64,000 nucleotides of DNA from an uncultured Pseudomonadota bacterium (GCA_963749075.1 CAVVLJ010000016.1:896001-960000); one strand, 5' to 3'. Positions 25,899-35,962 are shown, counted from the first letter of the stretch. Made by a program: numbers and translations. The notes: generated by a model from the letters alone, not told the origin.

Positions 25899-27029
25899 AT
25901 GGAGTTCGAGGTTGCGGTGATCGGCGGCGGGCTGCTCGGCTCCGCCATTGCGTGGGGACTTCAGCGCCTCGGCCAACGCACGGCGGTGCTCGACGAGGGC
26001 GACGTCGCCTACCGCGCCTCGCGCGGCAATTTCGCCCTCGTCTGGGTGCAGAGCAAGGGGCTCGGCCTGCCCGAGTACGCCGCCTGGAGCAAGCGCTCGT
26101 CCGACGGCTGGGGCGGCTTCGCGGCCGAGCTCAAGGAGACGACCGGCCACGACACGGCCTTTGCGCGTCCCGGCGGCTTCCATCTCTGCCTCTCGGAGCG
26201 CGAGCTCGAGGCGCGCGCGGCGACCTTGAAGCGCCTGCACAACCAGCCGAACATGGTGCGCTACCCTTACGAGATGCTCGAACGTGCGGCGCTCGAGAAG
26301 CTTTTGCCGCGCATCGGCCCGGAGGTCGCGGGCGCCTCCTATTGCCCGCTCGACGGCCATTGCAACTCGTTGCGCCTGCTCAAGGCGCTGCATGCCGGCA
26401 TGCAGGCGCTCGGCGCGCGCTATCTCCCGGAGCATCGCGTCGAGCGCATCGAGCAGGGCTCCGGCGGCTTCCGCCTGGCGAGCAAGGCGGGCGAGGTGCG
26501 CGCCGGGAGGCTCGTGCTCGCCGCCGGCAACGGCAATGCGCGGCTCGCCCCCATGGTCGGGCTCAAGGCGCCGGTCAGGCCCCAGCGCGGCCAGATCATC
26601 GTGACCGAGAAGGTGCGCCCCTTCTTCGACTACCCCATGTCGACCCTGCGCCAGACCGACGAAGGCGGCATCCTCATCGGCAACTCCCTCGAGGAGGCGG
26701 GCTTCGACGACGCGGTCGGCATCGGCGTCATCTCGGCCCTTGCGGCGCGCGCGGTGCGCTTCTTCCCCGAGCTCGCCGGCCTCAACGTGGTGCGCAGCTG
26801 GGCGGCGCTCCGCGTCATGACGGAGGACGGCTTTCCCGTCTACGACCAATCGGCGAGCGCTCCGGGCGCCTTCATCGCGACCTGCCACAGCGGCGTCACC
26901 CTTGCCGCCAATCACGCGCTCGTGCTGGCGCCCATGGTGGCAGCGGGGCGGCTCGCACCCGAGCTCGATGTCTTCAGCGCCCGGAGGTTCGATGTTTCCC
27001 AAAGGTCCGATGTTCCGGCGTCTGCCTGA
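25899..27029 (+). CDS. FAD-dependent oxidoreductase, DAO family (opine oxidase B/HcnC-like)
   Basis: VIGGGLLG, ASRGNFALVW, PQRGQI, WAALR, HSGVTLA. Confidence 0.9.
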   Translation: MEFEVAVIGGGLLGSAIAWGLQRLGQRTAVLDEGDVAYRASRGNFALVWVQSKGLGLPEYAAWSKRSSDGWGGFAAELKETTGHDTAFARPGGFHLCLSERELEARAATLKRLHNQPNMVRYPYEMLERAALEKLLPRIGPEVAGASYCPLDGHCNSLRLLKALHAGMQALGARYLPEHRVERIEQGSGGFRLASKAGEVRAGRLVLAAGNGNARLAPMVGLKAPVRPQRGQIIVTEKVRPFFDYPMSTLRQTDEGGILIGNSLEEAGFDDAVGIGVISALAARAVRFFPELAGLNVVRSWAALRVMTEDGFPVYDQSASAPGAFIATCHSGVTLAANHALVLAPMVAAGRLAPELDVFSARRFDVSQRSDVPASA

Positions 27030-27306
27030 TCCTGCCGGCGGGAGTGTCACGCTCACCGTCGACGGCCGCGCGATCAACGCGCGCGCCGGCGACAGCGTTG
27101 CCGCGGCGCTCCTTGCCGCCGGCATCGCGGCCTGCCGCACCACGCCCGTCTCCGGCGCTCCGCGCGCACCTTACTGCCTGATGGGCGTGTGCTTCGAATG
27201 CCTCGTCGCCATCGACGGGCGGCAGAACCGCCAGGCCTGCATGGTGCCGGCGGCAAACGGCATGACCGTCGAGACGCAGAGCGGCAAGCGGGAGGTCGGG
27301 CGGTGA
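27010..27306 (+). CDS. 2Fe-2S binding subunit (HcnA/opine oxidase gamma-like)
   Basis: GDSVAAALL, CLMGVCFECLVAIDG...QAC. Confidence 0.92.
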   Translation: MFRRLPDPAGGSVTLTVDGRAINARAGDSVAAALLAAGIAACRTTPVSGAPRAPYCLMGVCFECLVAIDGRQNRQACMVPAANGMTVETQSGKREVGR

Positions 27307-28727
27307 GCGCCGCAGCCGCCCTCAAGGAGAGCTACGAGCTCGCGGTGATCGGCGCCGGGCCGGCCGGCCTCGCCGCGGCGACGCTGGCAGCTACGCTCGG
27401 CATCGATACCGTGCTGCTCGACGAGCAGCAGGCGCCTGGGGGGCAGATCTATCGCGGAATTGCCGAGCCGCCGATCCGCGAGCGCGGCATCCTCGGCGCC
27501 GACTATTGGCATGGTGCTACGCTCCTGGCACCCTTCCGGGCAAGCGGGGCGCACTACGTGCCGGGTGCCACCGTGTGGAGCGTCTCCCGCGAGCTCGAGA
27601 TCGGCGTCTCGCTGGGAGGTGCAGCGCGGCTTCTGCAGGCGAAGCACGTCATCGTCGCTACGGGTGCGCTCGAGCGCCCGTTTCCCATCCCGGGCTGGAC
27701 CCTGCCCGGCGTCATGACCGCGGGTGGCGCGCAAATCCTCCTCAAATCCTCGGGCCTCGTGGCGGAGGGCAAGGTCGTGCTGGCCGGCAGCGGACCGCTT
27801 CTCTGGCTGATCGCCGCGCAACATTTGCGCGCGGGCGGGCGCATCGCGGCACTCCTCGATACCACCCCACGCAAGAACCGGCGCGCGGCATGGCCGCACC
27901 TGCCGGCCTTCCTCGCCTCCAACTATTTCGCCAAGGGATGGCGGCTCCTCGCGCAAGTGAAGCGCCGCGTGCGCGTCGTGCGCGGCGTTAGCTCGCTTCG
28001 CGCCGAGGGCGACGGCTGGCTGGCCGCGGTCGTCTACGCAACGGGCCGCGGCGAGGAGCGGCTTGCCGCGGACCTTCTTCTTCTGCACCAGGGCGTCGTG
28101 CCCAACGTCAACCTCGCCAACGCGATCGGCTGCACCCATGGCTGGGACGAGGTGCTGCTCTGCTTCAAGCCGCTCGTCGACGAGTGGGGTGCCAGTTCGG
28201 TGGAAGGTGTCGCCATCGCCGGCGACGGCGCCGGGATCGCGGGCGCCGTTGCCGCCGAGCAGCGCGGCCGCCTTGCAGCGCTCGCCGCGGCTGCCCGGCT
28301 CGGGCGCATCGATGCGGCGCAGCGCGACAGCAGCGCGGCACCCCATCGGGCGGCACTGCAGCGTGCTGAGCGCGGGCGCGCCTTCCTCGATGCGCTCTAC
28401 CGTCCGGCCAGGGCCTTCCGCGTGCCGCAAGGCGATACCATCGTCTGCCGTTGCGAGGAGGTCACGGCACGGCAGATCGTGGAGACCGTGGCACTCGGCT
28501 GCGTCGGGCCCAACCAGATGAAGTCTTTTCTGCGCTGCGGCATGGGACCGTGCCAGGGACGTCTTTGCGGCCTCGCGGTGAGCGAGCTCATCGCGGGCGC
28601 GCGCGGCGTCTCGCCGGGCGAAGTCGGCTATTATCGCCTGCGCCCGCCGGTCAAGCCGATCACCGTCGCCGAGCTTGCCGCACTGCCGCGGAGCCCCGAG
28701 GCGGTCAAGGCCGTGGAGCGCGGCTGA
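27303..28727 (+). CDS. NAD(P)/FAD-dependent oxidoreductase with C-terminal BFD-like 2Fe-2S (opine oxidase A/HcnB-like)
   Basis: GAGPAG, PGGQIYR, ATGALERP.P.PGWTLPGV, VCRCEEV, RCGMGPCQGRLC, RPPVKP. Confidence 0.92.
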   Translation: MSAAAALKESYELAVIGAGPAGLAAATLAATLGIDTVLLDEQQAPGGQIYRGIAEPPIRERGILGADYWHGATLLAPFRASGAHYVPGATVWSVSRELEIGVSLGGAARLLQAKHVIVATGALERPFPIPGWTLPGVMTAGGAQILLKSSGLVAEGKVVLAGSGPLLWLIAAQHLRAGGRIAALLDTTPRKNRRAAWPHLPAFLASNYFAKGWRLLAQVKRRVRVVRGVSSLRAEGDGWLAAVVYATGRGEERLAADLLLLHQGVVPNVNLANAIGCTHGWDEVLLCFKPLVDEWGASSVEGVAIAGDGAGIAGAVAAEQRGRLAALAAAARLGRIDAAQRDSSAAPHRAALQRAERGRAFLDALYRPARAFRVPQGDTIVCRCEEVTARQIVETVALGCVGPNQMKSFLRCGMGPCQGRLCGLAVSELIAGARGVSPGEVGYYRLRPPVKPITVAELAALPRSPEAVKAVERG

Positions 28728-28734
28728 GGCGGCG

Positions 28735-29871
28735 ATGGCGCTGCCCGACGTCATCGTCATCGGCGGCGGGCTGCACGGCTGCTCGACCGCCGTCCACCTG
28801 GCGCGCCGCGGCGTCAAGGTGACGCTGCTCGAGAAGGATCACGTTGGCCGCCACGCCTCGGGCGTCAATGCGGGCGGCGTGCGCCGGCTCGGCCGCCACC
28901 TCGCCGAGATCCCGCTTTCGCTTGCCGCCATGGAGCTGTGGCACGGCATCCGCGATCTCGTCGACGACGACTGCGGCTTCGAGAGCCATGGCCAGGTGAA
29001 GGTCGCGGAGAGCGAGGGGGAGCTCGCCACGCTCAACCGACGCGTGGCGCAACTGAGGGAGCTCGGCTACAGCCACGAGGAGCTGGTGGATGCCGCCGAG
29101 CTGCGCGAGCTCTTGCCGGCGCTCTCGCAGCACTGCGTCGGCGGCATCGTCTGCCGGGCGGATGGTGCCGCCAATCCCTACCGCACCACCATGGCCTTCA
29201 AGCGCAAGGCCGAAAGCCTCGGCGCCGTGATCGTGGAGGGCAGCCGCGTGGTCGGCCTCGCGCGAGCCGGGACGCTCTGGCGGGTCGTAACCGCGGACGG
29301 CGGCCAGAGAGAGGCGCCGGCCGTGGTCAATTGCGCCGGCGCCTGGGCCGACCGCATTGCAGCGCTCCTCGGCGAGCCGGTGCCGCTCGAGGTATGGGCG
29401 CTCATGCTCATGATCAGCCAGCGCCTGCCGCCTTTCGTCAAGCCGGTGGTGGGGGCTGCCGGGCGCCCGCTCTCCTTCAAGCAGTTTGCCAACGGCACGG
29501 TGCTCATCGGCGGCGGCTACCGCGGACGGGCCGAGCGCGAGAGCAATGCGACCGAGCTCGACTTCGCCGGCCTCGCCGCGAGTGCGGCAACCGTAGCCGA
29601 GCTCTTTCCCGTCATGCGCGATGCCGGGATCGTGCGCGCCTGGGCCGGCATCGAGGCGCGCATGCCCGACGACATCCCGGTGATCGGCCCGAGCTCGACC
29701 TCGGAGAGCCTGTTTCACGCCTTCGGATTCTCTGGGCACGGCTTCCAGCTCGGTCCCATTGTGGGCGCCGTGATCGCCGAGCTCCTGACCACCGGGCGGA
29801 GCAATCTTCCCCTCGCGCCGTTTCAAATCGGCCGCTTCAAGGAAAACCAAGTTGTGACGAATTGTGGATAA
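28735..29871 (+). CDS. FAD-dependent oxidoreductase, DAO/sarcosine oxidase beta-like
   Basis: VIGGGLHG, HASGVNAGGVR, NCAGAW, WAGIE, GFSGHGFQLGP. Confidence 0.92.
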   Translation: MALPDVIVIGGGLHGCSTAVHLARRGVKVTLLEKDHVGRHASGVNAGGVRRLGRHLAEIPLSLAAMELWHGIRDLVDDDCGFESHGQVKVAESEGELATLNRRVAQLRELGYSHEELVDAAELRELLPALSQHCVGGIVCRADGAANPYRTTMAFKRKAESLGAVIVEGSRVVGLARAGTLWRVVTADGGQREAPAVVNCAGAWADRIAALLGEPVPLEVWALMLMISQRLPPFVKPVVGAAGRPLSFKQFANGTVLIGGGYRGRAERESNATELDFAGLAASAATVAELFPVMRDAGIVRAWAGIEARMPDDIPVIGPSSTSESLFHAFGFSGHGFQLGPIVGAVIAELLTTGRSNLPLAPFQIGRFKENQVVTNCG

Positions 29872-29958
29872 CATCGCCGGCGCCCTTGCCAAATCCAACG
29901 GGCGCGATTACAGGTCAATTGATTTACGCTCTCAAACCTTCAAGGGGGGTTAGGGGAC

Positions 29959-30234
29959 ATGAACCAGGCAGAGCTCATCGCGCAGATCGCGAAGAAGAAT
30001 AAGCTCAGCGCGCGCCAGGCCAAGGACGCGGTTCAAGCGGTGCTTGCGGCGGTAGAAACCGCTCTCGTCAAGGGCCAGTCGGTGCGCACGACGCTCGGCA
30101 CCTTCTCGATCTCCAAACGCGCGGCGCGCATGGGACGCAATCCCCAGACCGGAGCGCCGGTCCAGATCAAGGCCTCCAAGGGCGTGCGCTTCAAGGTCTC
30201 GCGTACGATCAAAGGCGCGCTCAACAAGCGCTGA
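29959..30234 (+). CDS. HU family DNA-binding protein
   Basis: MNQAELIAQIA, GTFSISKRAARMGRNPQTG; 91 aa, basic. Confidence 0.93.
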   Translation: MNQAELIAQIAKKNKLSARQAKDAVQAVLAAVETALVKGQSVRTTLGTFSISKRAARMGRNPQTGAPVQIKASKGVRFKVSRTIKGALNKR

Positions 30235-30438
30235 GCGGCGCCGCGGTCCGCCGGCTCCCGCAAGGGAGGGCGGCGCTCCGAGACCGTTCGCCTCGCCGAT
30301 CCGCTTCGCATCTGCGATCTAGCTCGGCGGCAGGGCTCCGATGCCTGCCGCCCGGAGCCTCCTGCACCTCTCCTGAGGCATGAGCGTCCGGGCGGGGCGC
30401 TTGCTTTGCCGGCCGCCTTCGACGGGGAGGACGCGATC

Positions 30439-31950
30439 ATGAGCGCGATCGTGAGTTCGGGGGGCGAAGCGCTTCATTTCGACGTGGTGGTGGTGGGCTC
30501 CGGCATCGCCGGCCTCGCCGCGGCCGTCTCGGCTTTGCAGGCCGGGGCGAAGACGGCGATCCTCGAGCGCGCGCCCAAGGAGGAGCGCGGCGGCAATACG
30601 CGTTGGACCGAGGCGATGCTGCGCATGCGAAGCGAGGACGCGGTGGCCGACGACTTCGAGAGCCATTTCGCGGCGAACTCCGGCCACTACCTCGACCCCA
30701 AGCTCGTCAATGAGGCGGCCGGCAGCTTCGAGAGCTGGTCCTCGATCGTGAAAGTGCTCGGCTTCACCGACCCCGAGGTCATCGCCACCTTCGCCGAGCG
30801 CGCCGGGGCCACGCTCGGCTGGCTCAAGGGCTTCGGCCTGCGCTTCGCTTTCCTGCCCGGCTATTTCATCACCACCTGCACGACGCGCATGGCGCCGGTG
30901 GGCGGCGGTCTGGCGCTCGTCGAGACGCTCGGCGACTGGGCCGAGAGGAACGGCGCCGCCGTGCATTACCGCACCACGGCACGGCGGCTCATCGAGGACG
31001 CCTCGGGCGCCGTGGTCGGGCTCGCGGCGGTCGGCCCCGGCAATCGGGCGCTCGAGTTCAGGGCACCTTCCGTCGTCCTCGCGAGCGGCGGCTTCGAGGG
31101 CAACCCGGAGATGCTGGTGCGCTACATGGGGCCGCGCGCCCGCTATCTCCGCCCGGTGGCGCGCGGCGGCTATTACAACAAGGGCGAGGGCATCCGTATG
31201 GCGCTCGACATCGGTGCCGCACCCTGCGGCGACTTCGGCAGCATCCACGCCGAGCCGCTCGACCCGCGCTCGGGCACGGGCGAGCCGATCGTGCTCGTCT
31301 TCAATTACGGCATCCTCGTCAACAAGCGGGGCGAGCGCTTCGTCGACGAGGCGCCGGCCACGGTCGACGCCACCTACGAGGCGATCACGCGCCTCATCAA
31401 CGAGCAGCCCGAGGGCATCGCCTACGCGATCCTCGACGGCAAGCTCGACGAGGTGCCGGGCTGGAAGCGCTCGGTGCGCTCGGACCAGCCGCCGATCGCG
31501 GCGGCGGCGCTCGCCGAGCTCGCCGCCAGGATCGGCGTGGCCGCCGAGCCGCTCGCGGCGACGGTCGCTGCCTATAACGCGGCGTGCCCGCCGGACGGTG
31601 CCTTCAAGCCGCTCGAGATCGACGGCCTCGCGACCCGCCCGGGCTACGCACCGCCGAAATCGAACTGGTCGCGGCCCATCGAGCGCGCCCCCTTCATGGC
31701 CTATCCGATCATCTGCGGCAATTGCTTCACCTTCGGCGGCGTCAAGGTGAACAGCAGGAGCCAGGTCCTCAACTGCGACGGCGAGGTCATCCCCGGCCTC
31801 TATGCCGCGGGCGAGACGATCGGGCTCTACTACGGCACCTACACCGGCGCCACCTCGGTGCTGCGCGGCGCCGTGTTCGGCCGCATCGCCGGCCTCGATG
31901 CCGCGGCAAGGGCGCGCGGTGCGGGCGGCCGGAGCTCGGCAGTCACCTGA
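30439..31950 (+). CDS. FAD-dependent tricarballylate dehydrogenase TcuA/flavocytochrome-like oxidoreductase
   Basis: DVVVVGSGIAG, ERGGNTRWT, ASGGFEGN, NKGEGI, FTFGG, PGLYAAGE. Confidence 0.85.
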   Translation: MSAIVSSGGEALHFDVVVVGSGIAGLAAAVSALQAGAKTAILERAPKEERGGNTRWTEAMLRMRSEDAVADDFESHFAANSGHYLDPKLVNEAAGSFESWSSIVKVLGFTDPEVIATFAERAGATLGWLKGFGLRFAFLPGYFITTCTTRMAPVGGGLALVETLGDWAERNGAAVHYRTTARRLIEDASGAVVGLAAVGPGNRALEFRAPSVVLASGGFEGNPEMLVRYMGPRARYLRPVARGGYYNKGEGIRMALDIGAAPCGDFGSIHAEPLDPRSGTGEPIVLVFNYGILVNKRGERFVDEAPATVDATYEAITRLINEQPEGIAYAILDGKLDEVPGWKRSVRSDQPPIAAAALAELAARIGVAAEPLAATVAAYNAACPPDGAFKPLEIDGLATRPGYAPPKSNWSRPIERAPFMAYPIICGNCFTFGGVKVNSRSQVLNCDGEVIPGLYAAGETIGLYYGTYTGATSVLRGAVFGRIAGLDAAARARGAGGRSSAVT

Positions 31951-31973
31951 AATGCACGGACGCCGCCGGCCGT

Positions 31974-33359
31974 TTACGCTCCCGGCAACTCGCCGTCTGC
32001 GCGCATGAGCGCTATGGCATGCTTGAGCGCGGCCGCCGTCGCCCCAAGCTCGGCGTCGCCGTGGCTCGCCGAGATGAGGCCGCCGGGCCGGCCGTTGAGG
32101 TCGACGCCGCCGAGCAGCATGGCGAGGCGCAGCTTCTGGGCGAGCCCGGGCGGGTTGCGCACGAGCTCGAGCGGATCGTGCGTCAGGGGATCGAGCCGCC
32201 CCGGCTCGAGCGGCCGGCTGCCGCCGCCGAGGCAGAAGTAGAAGCCGCTGAAGCTGCCGAAGACGGCCCAGGGCACGCGCTCCTCGGCGAGCACCTCGTT
32301 GAGGCGGCGGCGCAGCGTCTCGCCATAGGCGTTGGCGCGCGCGCAGGCATCCGTCGCAGCGACGATGCCGAGCGTCGCGATGCCGGCCGCGGCCGAGACG
32401 GGATTGGCGTTGAAGGTGCCCTGGTGGGCGATCTTCTCGTGGCCTTTGGCCTTGGCGGCCTCGAAGTCGAGCTCGTCGAGGATGTCCTTGCGACCGACGA
32501 CGGCGCCGCCCGGGAGCCCGCCCGCGAGGATCTTGGCGAAGGTCGCGAGGTCGGGTATGACGCCGAAATGCGCCTGGGCGCCGCCGGGTGCTATGCGGAA
32601 GCCGGTCACCACCTCGTCGAAGACGAGAAGGGCGCCGGACGCCGCGGTGGCCTCGCGCAGGATCTCGAGCGTGCCGGGCCTGAGCGGCCCGTTGCCGAAG
32701 CTGGCACCGGTCGGCTCGAGGATGACGGCCGCGATGTCGCGGTCGGCCTCGATCGCACGCCGCATGGCCTCCGGGTCGTCGGGCCGCAGGAGCACGACGT
32801 GGCGGGCGACCTCCTCGAGCACGCCCGCGGTCGGCGTGCCGTCGAAATGCGCGGCGTAGCCCGAGGTCATGTGATCGTGCCAGCCGTGGAAATGGCCCAT
32901 GAGACGGGCGATCTTGCGGCGGCCCGTGAAGGCGCGCGCGAGACGGAGCGCCATCAACGTCGCCTCGGTGCCGGACGAGGTGAAGCGCAGGCACTCGGCG
33001 CACGGCACCAGGCGCTTCACCGCCTCGGCCCAGCGGATCTCGAGAGTGTGGTTGGCGCCGAAATGGCTGCCGCGATCGAGTGCGGCGTGCACGGCCGCGA
33101 TGACGTCCGGATGGTTGTGGCCGAGCAGCAACGCGCCGTGGCCGCCGAAGTAATCGACGTACTCGTTGCCGTCCACGTCCCATTTGCGCGGACCCTTGGC
33201 GTGATCGACATAGATGCCGTAGGGCGAGAGGTTGCGGCTGTCGTGCGTGATGCCGCTCGGGAAATGGCCGCGCGCTTCTAGGGCGAGCCGCGCCGAGCCG
33301 GGCGTGCGCTCGCGATAGGCGGCGATGATCCTGGAATTGGTCAGGCCGGCGTCGGGCAT
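31974..33359 (-). CDS. Class III aminotransferase, glutamate-1-semialdehyde aminomutase-like paralogue
   Basis: WDVDGNEYVD, FTSSGTEA, FHGWHD, FDEVVTGFR, AKILAGGLP, GTFNANP. Confidence 0.9.
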   Translation of the reverse strand: MPDAGLTNSRIIAAYRERTPGSARLALEARGHFPSGITHDSRNLSPYGIYVDHAKGPRKWDVDGNEYVDYFGGHGALLLGHNHPDVIAAVHAALDRGSHFGANHTLEIRWAEAVKRLVPCAECLRFTSSGTEATLMALRLARAFTGRRKIARLMGHFHGWHDHMTSGYAAHFDGTPTAGVLEEVARHVVLLRPDDPEAMRRAIEADRDIAAVILEPTGASFGNGPLRPGTLEILREATAASGALLVFDEVVTGFRIAPGGAQAHFGVIPDLATFAKILAGGLPGGAVVGRKDILDELDFEAAKAKGHEKIAHQGTFNANPVSAAAGIATLGIVAATDACARANAYGETLRRRLNEVLAEERVPWAVFGSFSGFYFCLGGGSRPLEPGRLDPLTHDPLELVRNPPGLAQKLRLAMLLGGVDLNGRPGGLISASHGDAELGATAAALKHAIALMRADGELPGA

Positions 33360-33504
33360 GGCAGCGTCACCTCGGCTTCAAGCGAGTTTGCGGCGCGATC
33401 TTAGTCTCCCCGATCGCCGGCGCGCGAGCGGCGATTTCGCGCGCATCCCCTGCGAATCCCGCGGCCGCCGAGCGAGGGGCACCCGCGGAGCGGTCGGTCC
33501 GAGT

Positions 33505-33700
33505 TCATACGCGGTACGCATGTTGTATAATTTTTTGTGTCACCAGATTGACTCGTTCAATTGCGAAATTAGCGTTAGATACCAATGCGCCCCTGGCGAG
33601 CGACGGGCTGCGCCTCTAACTCGCGTGAATGTTTTGCACACGAAGCTGGAGAACTCATCGATTGTCAGCGGGCAAAAACGCGCTTAACTCCATGGCCTGA
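33505..33700. promoter_or_regulatory. AT-rich divergent regulatory region
   Basis: Marked local AT enrichment (TTGTATAATTTTTTG, TTCAATTGCGAAATTAG) between divergent genes. Confidence 0.5.
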
Positions 33701-33740
33701 GATGGCACCGCGCAAGCGAGGAGAGCGAAGGAGAGGGACG

Positions 33741-34577
33741 ATGGATACGCTGTTGGAGGCAAGGGCGAAGTCCGTGACCGCGAGCTTGAACTACCTGGCG
33801 CCGATGGCCGAAAGCCCGGTCAGCTACACCTTCGAGCCGCCGCCGGGAACGCCGTGGCGCACCGGGGAATCCGCTCCGCATTGGGTGCAGATCACGGATG
33901 GGCGCCCCTTCGCGGACCGCCTGTCCTTGGACCTGAACGGTTTCGCCTTGGTCCGCGACGTGAGCGCCGTCGCCGATTTCCATGACGAGCGCGCGCTGCG
34001 GGCGGTCTATTTGCCAGAGGCCGAGCGGCTGGTGCGCGAGGTGACCGGGGCCAGGCGCGTGATCGCCTTCGATCACAATCTGCGCCACGGCGAAAGTCCC
34101 GACGGGGGTGCCAATGGAATCAAGCCGCCGGTCAAGCGCGTGCACAACGACTTCACCGTGCGCTCCGGACCGCGCCGCGCCGCCGACGAGATCGCGGCGC
34201 GCGGCGAGCAGCCGAGCGAGGCGCTCAAGGGCCGCTTCGCCATCGTCAACGTGTGGCGCCCGATCCGCGGCCCGGTCGAGGAACAGCCGCTCGCCGCCTG
34301 CGATGCGCGCAGCATAGCGCCCGCCGATCTCGTGCGCGCCGATCTGGTCTATCGCGACCGCGTGGGCGAGACCTATTCGGTCACCTTCAATGCGGCGCAC
34401 CGCTGGTTTTATTTTCCCCGCATGACGCGCGACGAGGCGCTCCTCATCAAGGTCTTCGATTCCGCCGAGGACGGCCGCGCCCGCTTCAGCGCCCACAGCG
34501 CCTTCGAGGATCCCGCGACGCCGCCCGGCGCCGCACCGCGCGAGAGCATCGAGGTGCGCACGCTCGCGATCTTCTAG
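33741..34577 (+). CDS. CmcJ/NvfI-family (AsaB-like) putative Fe(II)/2OG-type oxidoreductase
   Basis: LSLDLNGF, FDHNLR, VHNDFT (HxD), NVWRPI, PLAACDARS, HRWFYFP.M, AHSAF, RESIEVR. Confidence 0.85.
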   Translation: MDTLLEARAKSVTASLNYLAPMAESPVSYTFEPPPGTPWRTGESAPHWVQITDGRPFADRLSLDLNGFALVRDVSAVADFHDERALRAVYLPEAERLVREVTGARRVIAFDHNLRHGESPDGGANGIKPPVKRVHNDFTVRSGPRRAADEIAARGEQPSEALKGRFAIVNVWRPIRGPVEEQPLAACDARSIAPADLVRADLVYRDRVGETYSVTFNAAHRWFYFPRMTRDEALLIKVFDSAEDGRARFSAHSAFEDPATPPGAAPRESIEVRTLAIF

Positions 34578-34590
34578 GCGAGTGCTGCGC

Positions 34591-35505
34591 CTAATCGCGC
34601 TCCTCGAAGTTGGCGCCGAAGTCCGCCGGCACCGCCGGGCCCCAGCGGTAGAGCGCGTCCTCCGCGGGGTAATCGGTGGCGCGCCAGGAGCTGTCGGGCG
34701 GGATCTGGTCGATGTCGCAGAAATATTCGGCCAGGCTGTTCCAGGGATCGCGCACGTAATGGAAGAAGTTCGAGCCGATGACGTGCCGGCCGAAGCCCCA
34801 GCCGTTCTTGTAGCCGGCCTCGAGCACGGTCTTGGCACCCATGCCGATGTGGTCGATCGAGGACACCTCGAAGCTCGCGTGGTGGAAGCCGGGGCGCTCG
34901 TCGCTCAAGAGCGCCACCACGTGGTGGTCGCCGCCGCCCGGCAGATGCATGAAGGCGATGATCGGGCCGCAGCGGTCGGAGAGCCGCATGCCGAGCACCT
35001 CGCCGTAGAAGCGGATCATCTCGTCGAGCCGCGGCGTATGGAGCAGCACGTGCCCCAGCCGGTGCGGCTGCACGGCCGTCTTGGCGGGACATCCGCAGGC
35101 GCCGACGCGGCCGTAATGGCCGGGCGTGTTGAGGGCGACGGCGGCCGCCGTGCGCGCCGGCTTGGCCGCCTCGGCGCGCACGTTGACGGCGTTGCCGTCC
35201 GGGTCCCTGAGCCAGATGCCGCGGCCGAAGGCGTTGTGCGGCGCGTTGCCCTCGGCGATGCCGTGCCGCGCCATGCGCGCACGCACGTCCTCGAGGCCCG
35301 CGCGGTCGGAGCCGAAGCGCAGATGGTTGAGGCGCTTCCTCTTGCCCTCGACGAGATGGACCTGGTCCTGCTCGCGCCCGGCGCAGCGGAAGGCAAGCGC
35401 GTTCTCCCGCTCCTCGGCCAAGAGGCCGAAGGTCGTGTAGAAGCGGCGGCCCGCCTCGAGGTCCGGCACGGTGAGCGCATAGCTCAAGAGCGACTGCACG
35501 GTCAT
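34591..35505 (-). CDS. Two-domain VOC family protein (extradiol dioxygenase-like)
   Basis: RFYTTFGL, DPDGN, RLGHVLL, DHHVVAL, HHASFEV, GFGRHVIGSNFFHYVRDPW..LAEY. Confidence 0.88.
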   Translation of the reverse strand: MTVQSLLSYALTVPDLEAGRRFYTTFGLLAEERENALAFRCAGREQDQVHLVEGKRKRLNHLRFGSDRAGLEDVRARMARHGIAEGNAPHNAFGRGIWLRDPDGNAVNVRAEAAKPARTAAAVALNTPGHYGRVGACGCPAKTAVQPHRLGHVLLHTPRLDEMIRFYGEVLGMRLSDRCGPIIAFMHLPGGGDHHVVALLSDERPGFHHASFEVSSIDHIGMGAKTVLEAGYKNGWGFGRHVIGSNFFHYVRDPWNSLAEYFCDIDQIPPDSSWRATDYPAEDALYRWGPAVPADFGANFEERD

Positions 35506-35623
35506 GGCGTCCTCCTCGCCGCGCCGAGCGGCGCGGATGGCGCCATTCTCCCCCATCTCGCGAGCGAGGCCAATCGCAAAGGCGCGGCCGGCGCCCCCGG
35601 CGCCGTGACGCTCGCGGGAGGTC

Positions 35624-35944
35624 TCACTTGATGGGCGAGAAGGCGGTCGGCACCATGATCTTGCTCTCCTGCGACTGCAAGGCGGCGAGCTCGCCGTTGC
35701 GCTTGAGGAAATCCGCCCACTCCGGGTCCTTCGCCATCTCGGCGCGGCGGCGCTGGCGCTCGTCGAGGCTGTCATAGGACCAGATGTGCACGACCTGGTT
35801 GAGCGGCCCGATCTCGCTCACGAAGAAGCCGACGAGTCCGCCGAGGTGCTTGAGCTGCACCGGCAGCCCGTAGCGCTCATAGAGCTCGAGCCACGGGCGC
35901 AGCTTGTGGGGGTTGAGCGTATAGGTGCGGTGGTCGATGATCAC
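35624..35944 (-). CDS. NIPSNAP family protein
   Basis: DHRTYTL, EIGPLNQVVHIWSYDSLDER, PTAFSP. Confidence 0.92.
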   Translation of the reverse strand: MIIDHRTYTLNPHKLRPWLELYERYGLPVQLKHLGGLVGFFVSEIGPLNQVVHIWSYDSLDERQRRRAEMAKDPEWADFLKRNGELAALQSQESKIMVPTAFSPIK

Positions 35945-35962
35945 GTGAGCCTCCCTGGGCGC

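Noticed and set aside
25899-28727. HCN synthase hcnABC
   Set aside because: The importer, aminotransferase and second DAO gene point to catabolism, and the gene order differs from hcnABC
31974-33359. Housekeeping hemL
   Set aside because: It lacks the PGGVNSPVR motif (has PSGITHDSR), so it is a paralogue
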